Source: Tubiluchus corallicola (Eukaryota; Animalia; Priapulida). Taken from it: DNA of 55,839 nucleotides. Below are positions 24,297-48,995 of the stretch, one piece after another. The stretch is from contig JAQGDQ010000536.1 of NCBI GenBank assembly GCA_030141605.1, positions 1 to 55,839 of the forward strand, in the 5' to 3' direction. Position 1 is the stretch's first letter. Every line of letters starts with the position of its first letter. Position numbers and translations under genes: made by a program. The notes below the pieces were generated by a model, which was not told where the DNA came from, did no database searches, and worked only from the letters and a program-made list of their open reading frames with translations.

Positions 24297-24548
24297 TCAC
24301 TTTCGACCGATGATTATCATGTCGCACTCACAAAGATTTCCTCCCAAGCCTTGAGGACACAAAACCTTGCACCATTTCTCCACGTTGTTGTTGTCGTAAT
24401 TGTCACCTTTCCTTTCATTCAAATTCTGAGCTCGTATTGCCAGTGATCTCTTAAACGTGTCAAGAAACTTTTCCTTTGTCCCACACGACGAATCCAGAAA
24501 CAGAGAGATGCAAACCACGGCCAGCAGCAGCTTAACAGTAAGACTCAT
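24297..24548 (-). CDS. Secreted peptide (neuropeptide/toxin-like) precursor, 83 aa, with Cx3C-x8-CxC core and C-terminal amidation signal
   Basis: Signal peptide MSLTVKLLLAVVCISLFLDSSCG, dibasic KR and RK sites, WCKVLCPQGLGGNLCECDMIII followed by GRK-stop. AATAAA on the minus strand at 24212-24217. Confidence 0.8.
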   Translation of the reverse strand: MSLTVKLLLAVVCISLFLDSSCGTKEKFLDTFKRSLAIRAQNLNERKGDNYDNNNVEKWCKVLCPQGLGGNLCECDMIIIGRK

Positions 24549-25664
24549 ATTGAAAGAGTTGCTCAGCTGCCAAATAACGAAGGATTATCAGCTTGAAACC
24601 CGAATTATATCACAATCAATTGATGCAGCCTGTGAGCTTACAAGTAAATCACGGAAGTGACTGACTTAACAAGGCAAAGCTGTGAACGCCCAATAATCAA
24701 TATTCCACCATAAGTTCATGTAAGTTTTGGCATAAGATAGTGTAGAACGTTAATTTTACCAATTGCTAAAGAAAAATAACAAAAAATTTTCTGTACATAG
24801 TATCCTGAGTTGATTACCTTGAATATGTGACTTTCACTATCTTTTAATAATTCACACAAGTTAAACAAAAAGAAAAATGGACGACACGAGGACAGAGATC
24901 ATTTATAATATATTGGGCTAATGTCGGCCACATTGAGATTTCTTCAATGATCTTGTATTATCACTATTGTTTTATGTACAGCCTTAAGAGGCACATCGTT
25001 GGATTTGTCTACTTTACAGGAATGCAAATAAATGGTTTGTGTCACTCAGTTTAGCGTAATTTTGGTCATGTTACTTGTGCCCTCTGTGTAGTCAAAATCA
25101 GGGCAATGTTGGCCAGTTGAAGGTAATTTTGGCCACCAGATGGGGTAGTGTCGGTCAGTACTGAAACACACTAGTACACAGGTATACTGTATGAAATATT
25201 GCAGTACGTTTATTAAAATTCGTTAATAACCATCTAACTCATTGTTTGAAATAGACTTTAACATCCTCAGTATAGATGATTATTCATTATAGTAGTTACT
25301 AAAAATATCGTAAAACACTAAGGTAACTATGAAATATTGTAGTAAATCACCCAACTCTTCTCAAAATTTGTTGCTGATGCTGGTGATAGACAATTAGAAC
25401 AAGGGACACAAATCTAGCTTGACAATTCTGGCTCTGCTGATTGGTTCAGCACACTATATAACCCAAATTAGATCACGTGACATTTTTTGGGTGCATATAA
25501 ACTCGGTTAGCCGATGACAGACATTACCGCAATATACCCTATATGCAGAAAACGCGAGACAGCAGATAATAAGCAACAATTCCGTATCATTTTGCCAAAA
25601 CTTGTATGGTACTAATGTTCACACATTTTATTAGTTTTACCAATGTTGAAGGAACTTTTGACAA

Positions 25665-25860
25665 ATGGCGTGTTCACACTTGCCAAGTAACTCGCAAGCG
25701 TGTTCACAAAACTTGCTGGCAATTACTCTATGACACTCAGTGCGAGCTAACACGCCGAGGCGTTCAGAAACTCAACTCTCAGCAACTGTCGGAGAGTTTG
25801 CAATAACTTGCGAACAGTTACTAGAAAAGTAGTTCACACTTGCGAGTTTGCTGTCAGAAA
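25665..25860 (+). mobile_element. Possible end of a non-autonomous DNA transposon with repeated GCGTGTTCACA(CTTGC) subterminal motifs
   Basis: Motif seen at about 25668, 25698, 25760 and 25832. No partner inverted end was found. Confidence 0.3.
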
Positions 25861-26419
25861 GAAATCTCGAGACAAAAATTGCTTAGAAATTGATCTTTTG
25901 TTATTCTACCGAGGGTCCATTGTTAAAACTTGTATTTGCAACATGCCACAATTTTATTTGCACCATCTCTGCACGATATGTAGTTCAAGACAATTTTTAG
26001 TGCAAAAATAGCCAGATTATCATTTACCAAATTAAAGGGCAGCTGAAATAAAAGCGAATAATTAATTAAAAAGAATAATCCTCATTGCCAGGCATGGATA
26101 TCTACATCTGTTGAAATAATTGAAATAACTTACCACCCCAGCCCTTCTTGATACTAAGTCCTGATGAGCCTGCAGTTTACATTCTCTACTAAATGACAAT
26201 GTTGTCAAATTACCCGCTGATTGTGAAATACATAGATGCGTACCCGTATAGCACAGCTCAAGTGTCTTGCTTTGATTATTAATAAACTAAAGCAAATATA
26301 CTCGGCATTAATCATCCCGCTATTAGGTTGCCAAGTGAAAACTGTTTGTGTCGGATTTCCACTCATACCATGTGAAATGATATGACTAAACAAACACGGT
26401 GACCGGTATTAAAGTAAAA

Positions 26420-27450
26420 GGAAAAATGTCACGGAAAAAGTCACAATGTTGGTTAGGAAAATGTCATGTAAACCAGTTATAATTTTGGTTAGGAAAAACA
26501 TCGCGGAAAAGAGTCACAATTTTGGCTGGAAAAATGTCACAGGAAAAAAGTCACTGAAAAGAGTCACAATTTTGGTTGGAAAAATGTCACAGGAAAAAAG
26601 TCACTGAAAAGAGTCATAATTTTGGTTGGAAAAATGTCACAGGAAAACAGTCACTGAAAAGAGTCACAATTTTGGTTGGAAAAATGTCACGGGAAAGAAC
26701 GCAAAAAAATGGTAGAGAAGTTTTATGAAATGGACAATCATTATTGTATTTAGTGATTTGTTCTTTTTAAATGGCGTACCTGTTATGTTTAGATGCTTTC
26801 TAAAATCTTTCTCGTTATACAGCCAAGTTTCCGGCTCTGTTCTCCTTTTCAAGCGCCAAAACGCTAACTTCCTGCAACTCAAGCGAGGCTCTTGCTTGCA
26901 AATAATTTCATTTTCAAAAATCATAGATTTCATAAAATCATAAAACTTGTGCATGCAGCCTAGCGACACAGTCATAAACCATAAACGACAATTATGCAAA
27001 CAGTCACAGGCAAATCGGAACTTTGTGAAAGTTTTATTGGATGGCGCAAGAACGTGTTACTGCGTTACACGCTTATCAAGTTGCATCCCGTCGTAAAGTC
27101 GTTGATAAACCAATCCATCCATTTCTTACAAAAATAATAATGTCACTAACAATTTTAGCTGGAAAAATGTCACAAGAAAAAATTCACTGAAATGAGTCAC
27201 TATTTTGGTTGGAAAAATGTCACAGGAAAAAAAACTTACGGAAAGGTGTCACTATTTTGGTTGGAAAAATGTCACAGGAAAAAAAACTTACGGAAAGGAG
27301 TCACAGTTTTGGGTAGGGTAAAGTCACGGAAAAGAGCCACAATTTTGACTGGAAAAATTTCACAGGAAAAAACTTACGGAAAGGAGTCACTATTTTGGTT
27401 GGAAAAATGTCACAGGAAAAAAAACTTACGGAAAGGAGTCACAATTTTAG
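26420..27450. repeat. Two arrays (26420-26700, 27155-27450) of GGAAAAATGTCACAGGAAAAAAGTCAC...AATTTTGGTT minisatellite around a unique core
   Basis: Direct reading. Same family as 20-570 in the opposite orientation. Confidence 0.88.
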
Positions 27451-28224
27451 AACCAAGATGTTCCAACAGTGGAATTATTATGCTATCATATGTTTGTTTA
27501 TCAAACCGCTATTACATATTAAATTGCAATCTTATAAGAAATATTTAATCAAAAGTGAAAGAAACATTGACTAGAGACAAAATCACCTTGCAAAGGAATG
27601 TTGTGACTGAAGCGAACACAACAAATTAGCAATTAATGCACGCAAGTATTAAAAATAGTTATCACAGCAATGTTACGTATCGTAGTATTAATAACTCTTT
27701 ACACAAATGTATGAAGATTTTATTTAGAAAATAACTGTTATTTAGAAAATAATCCTAGTCTAAAAGGCTGATTTCGGGAAAGGCTGCAACAACCTTTCAT
27801 GATTCGATACCTTGCCAATCATTATAATAACAAATTTAACATCAGAAAATACGGTGAACAAGCTAACAACGGCAGTACATAAAGTTCTAAAGATGTGGTT
27901 CTAAAGGCACAGAAACCGTAATTGTTAAAAAAATATCTAGTTTTACGTTGTAGCTAGGGTTCATTTTTGGAGCACTTTTACCTCAAAGAATATCAGCGTG
28001 TTCACATTGTACTGATTTTTCGAACACCCTGTGTGATCAATACAAAGTTAGTACTTACTGCTGTGTACAACTAGCATCGCGTTCTAGATTCCTAGTTTCT
28101 TACACTAACATACTCGCTTGTACAGCCAACTGGAACTATCCCCACCAATGACAGCAAACTGAGTTTCACAATGGAACTTGTTATCCTGCAACAAATAGAA
28201 CTAACGTGACTGATGAAACCCTGC

Positions 28225-28500
28225 TGCTGCTGCTCATGATGATGATGATGAGATGATAATGATGCTGTTGACGAGATGACGATGATAAAATGGCGATGAC
28301 GATGGTGACGATGATGATGATAGCGATGATGATTATGACGATGATAAAGTGATGATCATGACACTGGTGACGACGAAGTTAGTGATGATGATGATGAGAT
28401 AATGATGATGATGGCGATGACGATAATAATGATGATGATGACACTGGTCACTACCAAGGTTGTGATGGTAATGATGACGATGATGATGACAATGGTGACC
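28225..28500. repeat. Degenerate (GAT)n repeat
   Basis: Direct reading. Confidence 0.85.
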
Positions 28501-29117
28501 ATAAGACAGTGTTAGTTTAAACAATATTTTTATTTGATAAAGAGCACTACAATCATAAATACCGTTATGATAAAAACAATGGGTAATTAATCAAATGCTG
28601 ATCAAATGGCTAGCAGGTATGACCTAACTAAAAGCCTTTCAGTGAGTAAATACGTCATTTATAAGTTAGGCACAGGATTATAAGAACTGTTAGTTATGCA
28701 TTAAGTACAGCGAGATTGAGAAAGATGTGTAACTTGTTTTTGAATAGCGATGGGCGAGCGGGTGGGACAAGTTGGTTACGATGTGTTTGATGTTGATGTT
28801 AAGCTACAAAAATACAATGAGTGATAATGAAACTAATGAAAGACGAAAGTGTTGGGTTCACAGGAATGCAAGAATATAAATAGTTTGTCCTGTAAGGTAG
28901 AATTAAGTGATTATTAATGTATTATAGATTTAGTTTTATTGATTAAAGCGCCCACTTTGTATAATAAATGAAATGACAGCAGATACTATAGCATTGTTAG
29001 AATCAGGAGACAGTGAGATATCGCCATATAGTAGTATTTGTAAGACAGTGTTGATGACGATGATGATGTGATGACGATGATGATGTTGATGGCGATGTTG
29101 ATGACGATGATGGAGGT

Positions 29118-29540
29118 ACAGCGATAAGGACGATTATATATTCTACTGTAGGCTAAACACGTTGCATATTTTATGTAAAAACCGCGCAGCTGTGATGCTC
29201 CATTTTCCCACTTCGAATGGAATGTGAATCTCATTAACGACCTAAATTACCATGACAACTAATTTCAAAGGCAACAGGTTCAAGTCATAAATAGTAAACT
29301 GTTTTCAATTTAATGCAACAGCTAGAGATAATGTAATCTGCTACAGTGATTGTTGAAGGTCCACTATGTTAAATTTGTATCAAAAACTTCTGATATTAGA
29401 GGCACTCTTGAAGTGAGAAGGCAGTTGTCGTAAGTTTGACTTGGTGTCTTTCCTGTAGAGCATGTAAGTCTACGTGAGTAATTCTGGTAGTAGCTAAATT
29501 GTTCCACTTTCAGTAGAATTGAATATTGAAAAGTAAGTAA
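29118..29540 (+). promoter_or_regulatory. Putative promoter and non-coding first exon of sulfotransferase copy 1
   Basis: Closely matches 51706-52150 ahead of copy 3 and more weakly 38885-39135 and 48008-48262. Ends in a strong donor AAA|GTAAGT at 29533, and an acceptor TTTGTAG lies 5 nt before the ATG. Confidence 0.55.
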
Positions 29541-29867
29541 AGTTTTTTTAAATAAAATTGGGTAATTTGGTTCAATTATACTGTTTACTAGGTTGTTTTT
29601 TGTGCTTTACTGCAGAAGGAGCAAAAACAATTATATGTCAGACAATTCATTTAAAATATTCTCAATCGTAAACAAAGTCTGAAAATAATAAAATATCAAA
29701 CACATGCGATTAAATAAAGCCTATGAACAGATTACAGATTACAGATTATTAAAATGAGTGTACAACAATCAGCAAACACATTATATTATATATATATATA
29801 ATACACAACTACACTACATCTGAGGTCTATTCAAAAGTTAGACGAATTATCATTGTTTGTAGGTAAA

Positions 29868-35255
<5,388 letters not shown>

Positions 35256-36410
35256 AACAAACCTCCATCAAGTTGAAGATCTTTTGCCTATTTGCCAGTT
35301 TTTACATATAAAGCATTAAGTAAATTAGAATAGTATTATTAAATAGACATTTGCTACCTGTGATTAAGGCTTAACTAGTTCGTTAATTAACAGAAAAATT
35401 AGGCTACACAGTACTGATTCGTAATTACTAATAATACTGAATAATATTCAGTAATAATAAATCACAATAATTAGATGATTTACCATTAATTATTTAGTGA
35501 AGCAGTTTAAATTGAAACTTTATTGCGTTCATTTTGCACCTAATCATAATAAGCCTTTCTATAACCACGTAATACCGTATTATATAATCACATTATATAT
35601 GTGCATACATAGCTTCATGTCTTCATGACAACATAGCTTCAGGTCAACATGGCTTCATGTCATAGGCAGGCAAAAGCAGGTGTCAAAATACAGGAAGATC
35701 TAAAATCTGCAAGGTTAAGATTTAATGAAATGAAAAAATGTACTTAAGCTAGGCTGACATAAACTGGCATGCTAATTTTACATGTTAGTTGTTATTGTGA
35801 CTAGGATTTTACTGTTGCAAGGCGTGAAAATGTAATTGAACTTGTGATAATTTAGCAGATAGATATTTCATTTTAGTTTAGCTATATGTATACTAGCTTT
35901 ATATCTTTATGTTGCTAATGCTTGTTTAGTTGATCCTGGTAAAAAATGACAAAAAAATAAAGGAATATATGCACTTTCTGTATTGATTTGAATTACTGTT
36001 TTAGTGAAAATTGGCTTTCACCCTTCCACCCTGTCTTATTCAACTCCTTCCTAGCTCCTGCCAACCAGTTTGATTCCACTCCATTCCAGTGCTGTTTCGT
36101 CCCATCCAACATCCGTGCTGTAGAAAGTATTCCTAGTATACTTGCCGTTGAAACGGCTATCTAATCATTGCCTGCACTGCCCCGGCCCAATCCCGTTCTC
36201 CAGAAATAAGAGGTGTAAATTTTGCAATTTTTTACGAACAACGGTCAAAAAAAGGCTATTGTGGGAGATTTTCCGCGCTTTGTTCATCCAGGTGAGTGCA
36301 ATTCGTAAAATAAACCTCCAATGGGACCACACTAAATCAAGACCTTTCTTTTGATTTATAGATCGAAATGGTGCTGTGATTGAAGCTGTAGCCGCGAATC
36401 TTATATATCG

Positions 36411-36412
<2 letters not shown>

Positions 36413-36493
<81 letters not shown>

Positions 36494-37070
36494 CCAGTCT
36501 TTTTGGCCTGTCTATTTTTCGCAAGTCTACTTTTTCCTGTCTATTTTTCGCAAGTCTACTTTTTGGCCAGTCTATTTTTCGCAAGTTTACTTTTTTACCA
36601 GTCAATTCCTCGCAAGTCTACGTTTTAGCCAGTCTATTTTTCGCAAGTCTACTTTTTGGCCAGTCTATTTTTCGCAAGTCTGCTTTTTGACCAGTCTATT
36701 TTTCGCAAGTTTACTTTTTGACCAGTCGATTCCTCACAAGTCTACGTTTTAGCCAGTCTATTTTTCGCAAGTCTACTTTTTGGCCAGTCTATCTTTTCGC
36801 CAGTGTAATCACGTCTAACAATGAAAATGTGCCTTTGTAAGACTTACGTCTTCCGATCACAAAGAGTTTAAATGAAACCATGTCGATACCTAGTATGTTA
36901 ATGGTAACTTCCATATATGTATATATATAAGTAAGTTAAGTCTTCACGGTTAGTCATTATTACACTGGCGAAAACATAGAATGGCGAAAAAGTAGTTTGG
37001 TAGAAATGTAGACTGGTGAAAATGTAGACTGGTGAAAAGGTAGACTGGTGAAAAGATAACTGGCGGAACA
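36413..37070. mobile_element. (CT)n(TA)n tract followed by a foldback/MITE-like element with inverted arrays of ~15-bp subrepeats
   Basis: Left arm (CCAGTCTATTTTTCG/CAAGTCTACTTTTTG)n ends TTTTCGCCAGTGTAAT (~36809). Right arm begins with the exact reverse complement ATTACACTGGCGAAAA (~36958) and continues with GACTGGTGAAAA repeats. Confidence 0.65.
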
Positions 37071-37115
37071 ACATACAATCAAATTTTAATTGCAGAAACT
37101 TTTTGGCTGGAGAAA

Positions 37116-37261
<146 letters not shown>

Positions 37262-38579
37262 TAGACAAACCACGCAAAAATCTTGCGCATAAATCCACAA
37301 AGATAAACAAAACCACACTGCACCAAACCCACCACTACAAATGGTGATTATGATATGATAGCGACGACAACAGCACAACGTCATATCAAAACATTTGCTG
37401 CACAAATTTAAAATCGGGCGTAACGACAAACGCTATTAAACCCCATCCGCCAATGTCTCAAACTCAAAGACAATCGGTATTAAAAATAGCATGCAACACT
37501 GGCGGGTTAAAAAAAAACTTTGAAATGCACTCCTCCCATTTCATCTAGTTGACATAATCCCAGTGAAACCTTCCTGCCTTGCAGACCGTTTCATCTTTTT
37601 TCCGCGAGTTTGTCCGTTTTTCCCAAGCCACCACACCACCAATACCACATCACCCACACAATGCAGCTTTGTAAGCAAGGATTCACAAGTTGGAGCGTAC
37701 AACTATTCCATTCTATCCCATTGCTTCTGAGTGATCCACCTCATCATATAGTTCAATTCCTTTTCTTTCCAAGAAGCCGTAGAATTTCCTGCAAGAACTC
37801 TATCAATTACTGATGGGCTGTTATTTTCTGCAACAGTGCTGATAATGCCTGGGAGAGTGCTCACCTTTTCCACTGCTTGCAACTTGCTACATCTAATGCA
37901 ATCTACAAAATATGCATTTAGATTTAGGCATGTTTAATGTTTACCCCTTACGGTTCACATGCACAAACAATTAGAATTTTCAGTGTTTTTTCGTTGATTT
38001 TAAAGGCAAAGAACAGCATCTATCTCAGTAACCCCCAAGAGATTAATTATCTGTCGCGTAGAACAGTGACCATAGCACTTTATTCTTAACGTAGCACACC
38101 CTGTGAAATTATGCAAGACCAGTTGCCATTTTCGGTGAATAGCTTACTTCAGCCAGCAATACAGGTTTCAATAGCTAATTAAAAAAAATTGGACTACAGC
38201 AAAAAAAGTAAAAGAGCATATATGCGCACTTTGCATTGATATGTGTGTTCAAGCTTTTGTTTTCTGATCGTCTAGTAATTCTCATATTACACATAAATAG
38301 AATTATCAACTCTTAGTTTCTCATTTTATATTGACTTGGCCTTTAATTCACTATTCTGTCCTGTCTTATGCATCCAAGTTTCTACCGTCCTATTTCACAT
38401 AATTCCATCCAATCAGCCCATACCATTCAGTTGCAGTGTAATTAATTTATATGAATAGCCAAATCCTTGAGAACTGCTCAGGACCTGGACAACAGAGGTG
38501 CTCACCTATGACTATAAAATAACTCTTTGAGATACTAGGCTAATGAAATTCCCCCAAATTGGAGGCACGCTCTAAGTGA

Positions 38580-38760
38580 CCCCCACGCGTCTTGAAAATG
38601 TGTTACTCGTGGTATATTTTAACGATATTTACATAGCGTGAAGTATACTTAATGCAAATTCTTTAAATAACCTAGAATAGGTATTTATTTGTCAATAAAA
38701 CATTCTTTAAAAAAATACCATTAGTTTACTATTTGCAAACCAAATTAGCTCACATTTCAA
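38580..38760 (-). repeat. Dispersed repeat, inverted relative to the copies in intron 1 of each sulfotransferase (e.g. 30195-30350)
   Basis: ACTCGTGGTATATTTTA...ATTTACATAGC...TGCAAATTCTTTAAAT...TTGTCAATAAAACATTC...TTGCAAACCAAA is the reverse complement of intron-1 sequence. Confidence 0.65.
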
Positions 38761-39824
38761 CACGACCGTAGAGAAAAATAGACGTTTTGCCAAATGTTAA
38801 CAAAGCTTGCAGGACAGTTGCTATACTTTCCCAAAGGAAAATCTGGCCTTCAGTCAATTGCCCAAATACGTCTAGATTCACGTGCTCATAAATTACCATG
38901 AAAAACAATTTCAGAGAAAACTAGTTAATTATAACACAAAGCTCAGTGTCAATAACACTATAAGGTCGAACGTCTGCTTCAGTGATTGTTGAAGGACCGC
39001 AAAGTGAAAGCCCCTTATATCAGAGAAACACGGTAGTTGTTAAATGTTGAAGTTGTTTAAAGCCGTGCGCTGAAGTAATCCTGATAAACTGACAGCTTCA
39101 ATTTCAGCTATTGTGAATATTGCAAAGTAAGTAAGTTATTTTTAAAGTTGATTAACATTAATTAATAAGATAATAATTAATTTTCTGTCAGAAAAGCATA
39201 AGAAAGATTGATGCGTAGGTGAATAATTAAAATCAGACATGTCTCCAAAAATGGTTTATTCTGTTGCTGTATCATCGAAATTCGTGCTGGACAAAATGGA
39301 GCAGGACCATAATAAATAACGAGCTCATTTTCTTCTGAACAATAGGCAAAATTTATCGATGAACTTATTTGCTAAATTAGTGAACAATAGTGATACAACT
39401 CGCTATTATATTCCACCAATAATTTTTCATCAGCACGGATTATTTTTCATCAATAATATTTCATCAGCACGAATTATTTTTCATCAATAATTTTTCATCA
39501 GCACGAATTATATTTCATCAATAATTTCCAAAAAAACTTAATAATTTATTCTATAGGAATTTGTATTCCAATAATAATTTAATAATTTATCAGCCTCAAA
39601 TCCATAAAACGCTCCACAGTCAATAACAGATGAAAAGATTATGCCATTAATAATTTAATTGTTTCACTTTCTGTAACATTTTAATTTTTTTTCTTTTCGT
39701 CGTGTCTGTTCGATGCAAATGTTTGTCTTCTGTACATCTGTATTATTTTTAAGAATATATTTTATTTTCTGCGCACAAAACCTGTCTTTCAAAAGGATTA
39801 CTCCTTAAGTAAATGAATGAGTAG

Positions 39825-40226
39825 ATAAATGATGATTATGACAATGACAATGACGATGATGATGACGATGATGATGATAATGAAGTCAACGATGACGATG
39901 TTGGCAACGATGACGATAGTGATGATGACTATTATTATGGTAACTATGTTGATGATGATGATGATGACGACGACGACGACGATGATGTCGGCGATGATGA
40001 TAATAGTGATGATGACGATTATTATGGTGATGATGTTGATTATGATGATGATGATGATGATAATGAAGATGACGATGACGATGTCGGTGATGACGATGAT
40101 AGTGATGATAACGATTATTATGGTGATGATGTTGATGATGATGATGATGATGATGACGACGACGACGATGATGATGAAGATAACGATGGCGATGTTGGTG
40201 ATGATGATGATGATGATGATGATGAT

Positions 40227-40258
<32 letters not shown>

Positions 40259-40655
40259 TGATGATAATGATAATGAAGAAAACGATGACGATGTCGGCGA
40301 TGATGATGATAGTGATGACGACGATTATTATGATGATGATGAAGATGATGATGACGATGTCGGTGATGATGATGATAGTGATGATAACGATTATTATGGT
40401 GATGATGTTGATGATGATGATGATGATGATGACGACGACGACGACGACGATGATGATGAAGATAACGATGGCGATGTTGGTGATGATGATGATAGTGATG
40501 ACGACGATTATTATGGTGATGAAGATGATGATGATGATGATGACGACGACGACGAAGACGACGCCGACGCCGATGATGATGATGAAGATAACGATGACGA
40601 TGTCAGTGATGTTGATGATGATGACGAAGAGCGACGACGATTGCGATGATGATGG
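39825..40655. repeat. Long degenerate (GAT/GAC)n tract with higher-order periodicity
   Basis: Recurring block GATAGTGATGA.(A/G)ACGATTATTATGGTGATGATGTTGATG. Confidence 0.9.
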
Positions 40656-41316
40656 CAACGGTAACCAATGAAATTTTATTAATATAATGGCAACTTGCCA
40701 TCCATGATATCTTTTTTAAGAATATAAATTTTAAAATTCCGTAATTGGAAAAATAGTTACTTGTCTAACTTAACGTGAATGTACAACTGAGCGTTTCGAA
40801 ACCTTTGTACTTAATCTACGTTCTGTAAGTTTGGGTTACAGTGTTTCGCGGAATGCAAAAGTGATGTAATTTGTGACGATTTGAATGAATCAGAAACAAA
40901 ATTTTTTATATCCTTCGGTAACACGTTTTCCTTTTCAATGGCCACAAAATTGATGCCTTAAATAATGAAAATGTGAGGTAAAAGATTTTTTTAAACATGT
41001 TTGATTAATTGGTTTGTTTTATTTCTGTTTCTCAGAAATTCCTGCTACACAAAATTGGCTCTAATTGTGTAATAGGTAAATTTCGTAAATTTCAATAACT
41101 GTTGCCTATTTGTACTTGCTTGAAAAACCTATTTCTTCTGATTTGACTTCTTATGTATTAAAGGACTGTGTGTATGTGTGTGTGGGGGGTGTGTGTGTGG
41201 GGGGTGTATGGGTGTGTTGTATCCATGCTTAAATTGCCTAATTATATGTCACTCTCTCTGAGATCACTTTACCTAATAAAACATTAGGCAAGCTATTATT
41301 GTTGTCTGTAGATAAA

Positions 41317-47160
<5,844 letters not shown>

Positions 47161-48347
47161 AACAAACCACCATCAAGTTGAAGATCTTTTGCCTATTTGC
47201 CAGTTTTACATATAAAGCATTAAGTAAATTAGAATAGTATTATTAAATAGACGTTTGCTACCTGTGATTAAGGCTTAACTAGTTCGTTAATTAACAAAAA
47301 AATTAGGCTACACAGTACTGATTCGTAATTACTAATAATACTGAATAATATTCAGTAATAATAAATCACAATAAATAGCTGATTTACCATTAATTATTTA
47401 GTGAAGCAGTTTAAATTGAAACTTTATTGCATTCATTTTGCACCTAATCATAATAAGCCTTTCTATAACCACGTAATATCGTATTATATAATCACATTAT
47501 ATATTTGCATACATAGCTTCATGTCTTCATGACAACATAGCTACAGGTCAACATGGCTTCATGTCATAGGCAGGCAAAAGCAGGTGTCAAAATACAGAAA
47601 GACCTAAAATCTGCAAGGTAAGGATTTAGTGAATTGAAAAAATGTACTTAAGCTAGACTGACATAAACTGGCATGCTAATTTTACATGTCAGTTGTTATT
47701 GTGACTAGGCTTTTACTGTTGCAAGGCGTGAAAATGTAATCGAACTAGTGATAATTTAGCAGATAGATATTTCATTTTAGTTTAGCTATATGTATACTAG
47801 CTTTATATCTTTATGTTGCTAATGCTTGGTTAGTTGATCCTGGTCAAAAATTACAAAAAATAAAGGAATATGTGCACTTTCTGTATTGATTTGAATTACT
47901 GTTTTAGTGAAAACTGGCTTTTGCTCTTTATTCTTTCATTCATTAAGTTTCCCAAGTAGTGAACACTTTTGAACAAACTCTTTGGGAGACAAAATGGTTC
48001 AAGACACGCTCGTTAATTATAACACAATGCTCAGAGTCAATAACAGTGAAAGGTCGAACAGCTGCTTCTGCTATTGTTGAAAGTCCACGGTTAGATAAGA
48101 ACGAAAGCTTCTCATATAAAAAAAACGTTATTAAAAAGAGAAAGAATTGTCGTTATAAGTTTGGAGGTCGTTTGTCTAGAGCCAGTTGTGCCTATGAGAG
48201 TAATCCCGGTAATATACTGGTTCCATTTTCAAGAATGAATTATTACTGAGTTAAGTAAACTACATTTGAAGTCAGTTTTAGTACAATAATTTTGATTTTA
48301 CTTCTTACTGAAATTGTCGAAGTTGCTTGGAAGTTTGTTTATAGAAA

Positions 48348-48733
48348 GTACTTAATGGACAAAAAAAGGGGCACCTGAAGTAGGTTTCAGAAAAATTACC
48401 CCAAAAAAATCATACTACTTTAAGCCAATTTTATTCACATATGGCATTCGCGTTGAAAGGAATTTTTGTTTGTTTCCATTTTAAATCTCCCGCAATACTG
48501 TTCCGACGGCATCATTACATGACGTCACTACGCCATGTAAATCAGGGGAAGAAAAGGAAATGTTAAATTACGACCCAAAAATGTTCGGTGCAAATCTACA
48601 TTACTTAGCTTTTCGCTTACCTGCTGGAAAAACTTATGTAACTAGACTAATAATTTAAAATGTTTGTGCCAATTGGTAAAATGTGGCAGACTCACCTTCC
48701 AGGGTGCGCCACTAACTAGCCAAAACGCATTTT
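48348..48733 (+). mobile_element. Dispersed DNA-transposon-like repeat, inverted copy of 23555-23922
   Basis: See 23555-23922. Confidence 0.6.
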
Positions 48734-48734
48734 G

Positions 48735-48995
48735 TCTATGTCTACGATCAGATCATCCCATTCCATGGTTTTGCCACTCAGGGGAAACGTTTCAATGGAT
48801 CTTTTTATGCTTCCATTGAATCGCTCACACAAGCCTTAAGATTGAATATCATATGGAGTAGATGTAATCCCTTTGATGTGGAAAGCTTCTTCTAGTTGCC
48901 GTATGAGATTAGAGCAAAATTGGGTGCCTTGGTCGGACTGGATTGACTCTGGTCATCCATGCCTACTAATAAATTGAAGTAAACACTTGGCTATA
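48735..48995 (-). mobile_element. Ty3/Gypsy-type integrase core fragment (pseudogenised)
   Basis: IAKCLLQFISRHG*PESIQSDQGTQFCSNL...ITSTPYDIQS*GLCERFNGSIKR...WDD contains the second D and the E of the DDE triad with the Gypsy-style STPYHPQ..G..ERFN motif. Two in-frame stops. Confidence 0.85.

Noticed and set aside
37500-37915. Coding-like minus-strand segment after a TTTTGTAG acceptor
   Set aside because: Stops in all frames and no recognisable motif; probably old transposon debris.
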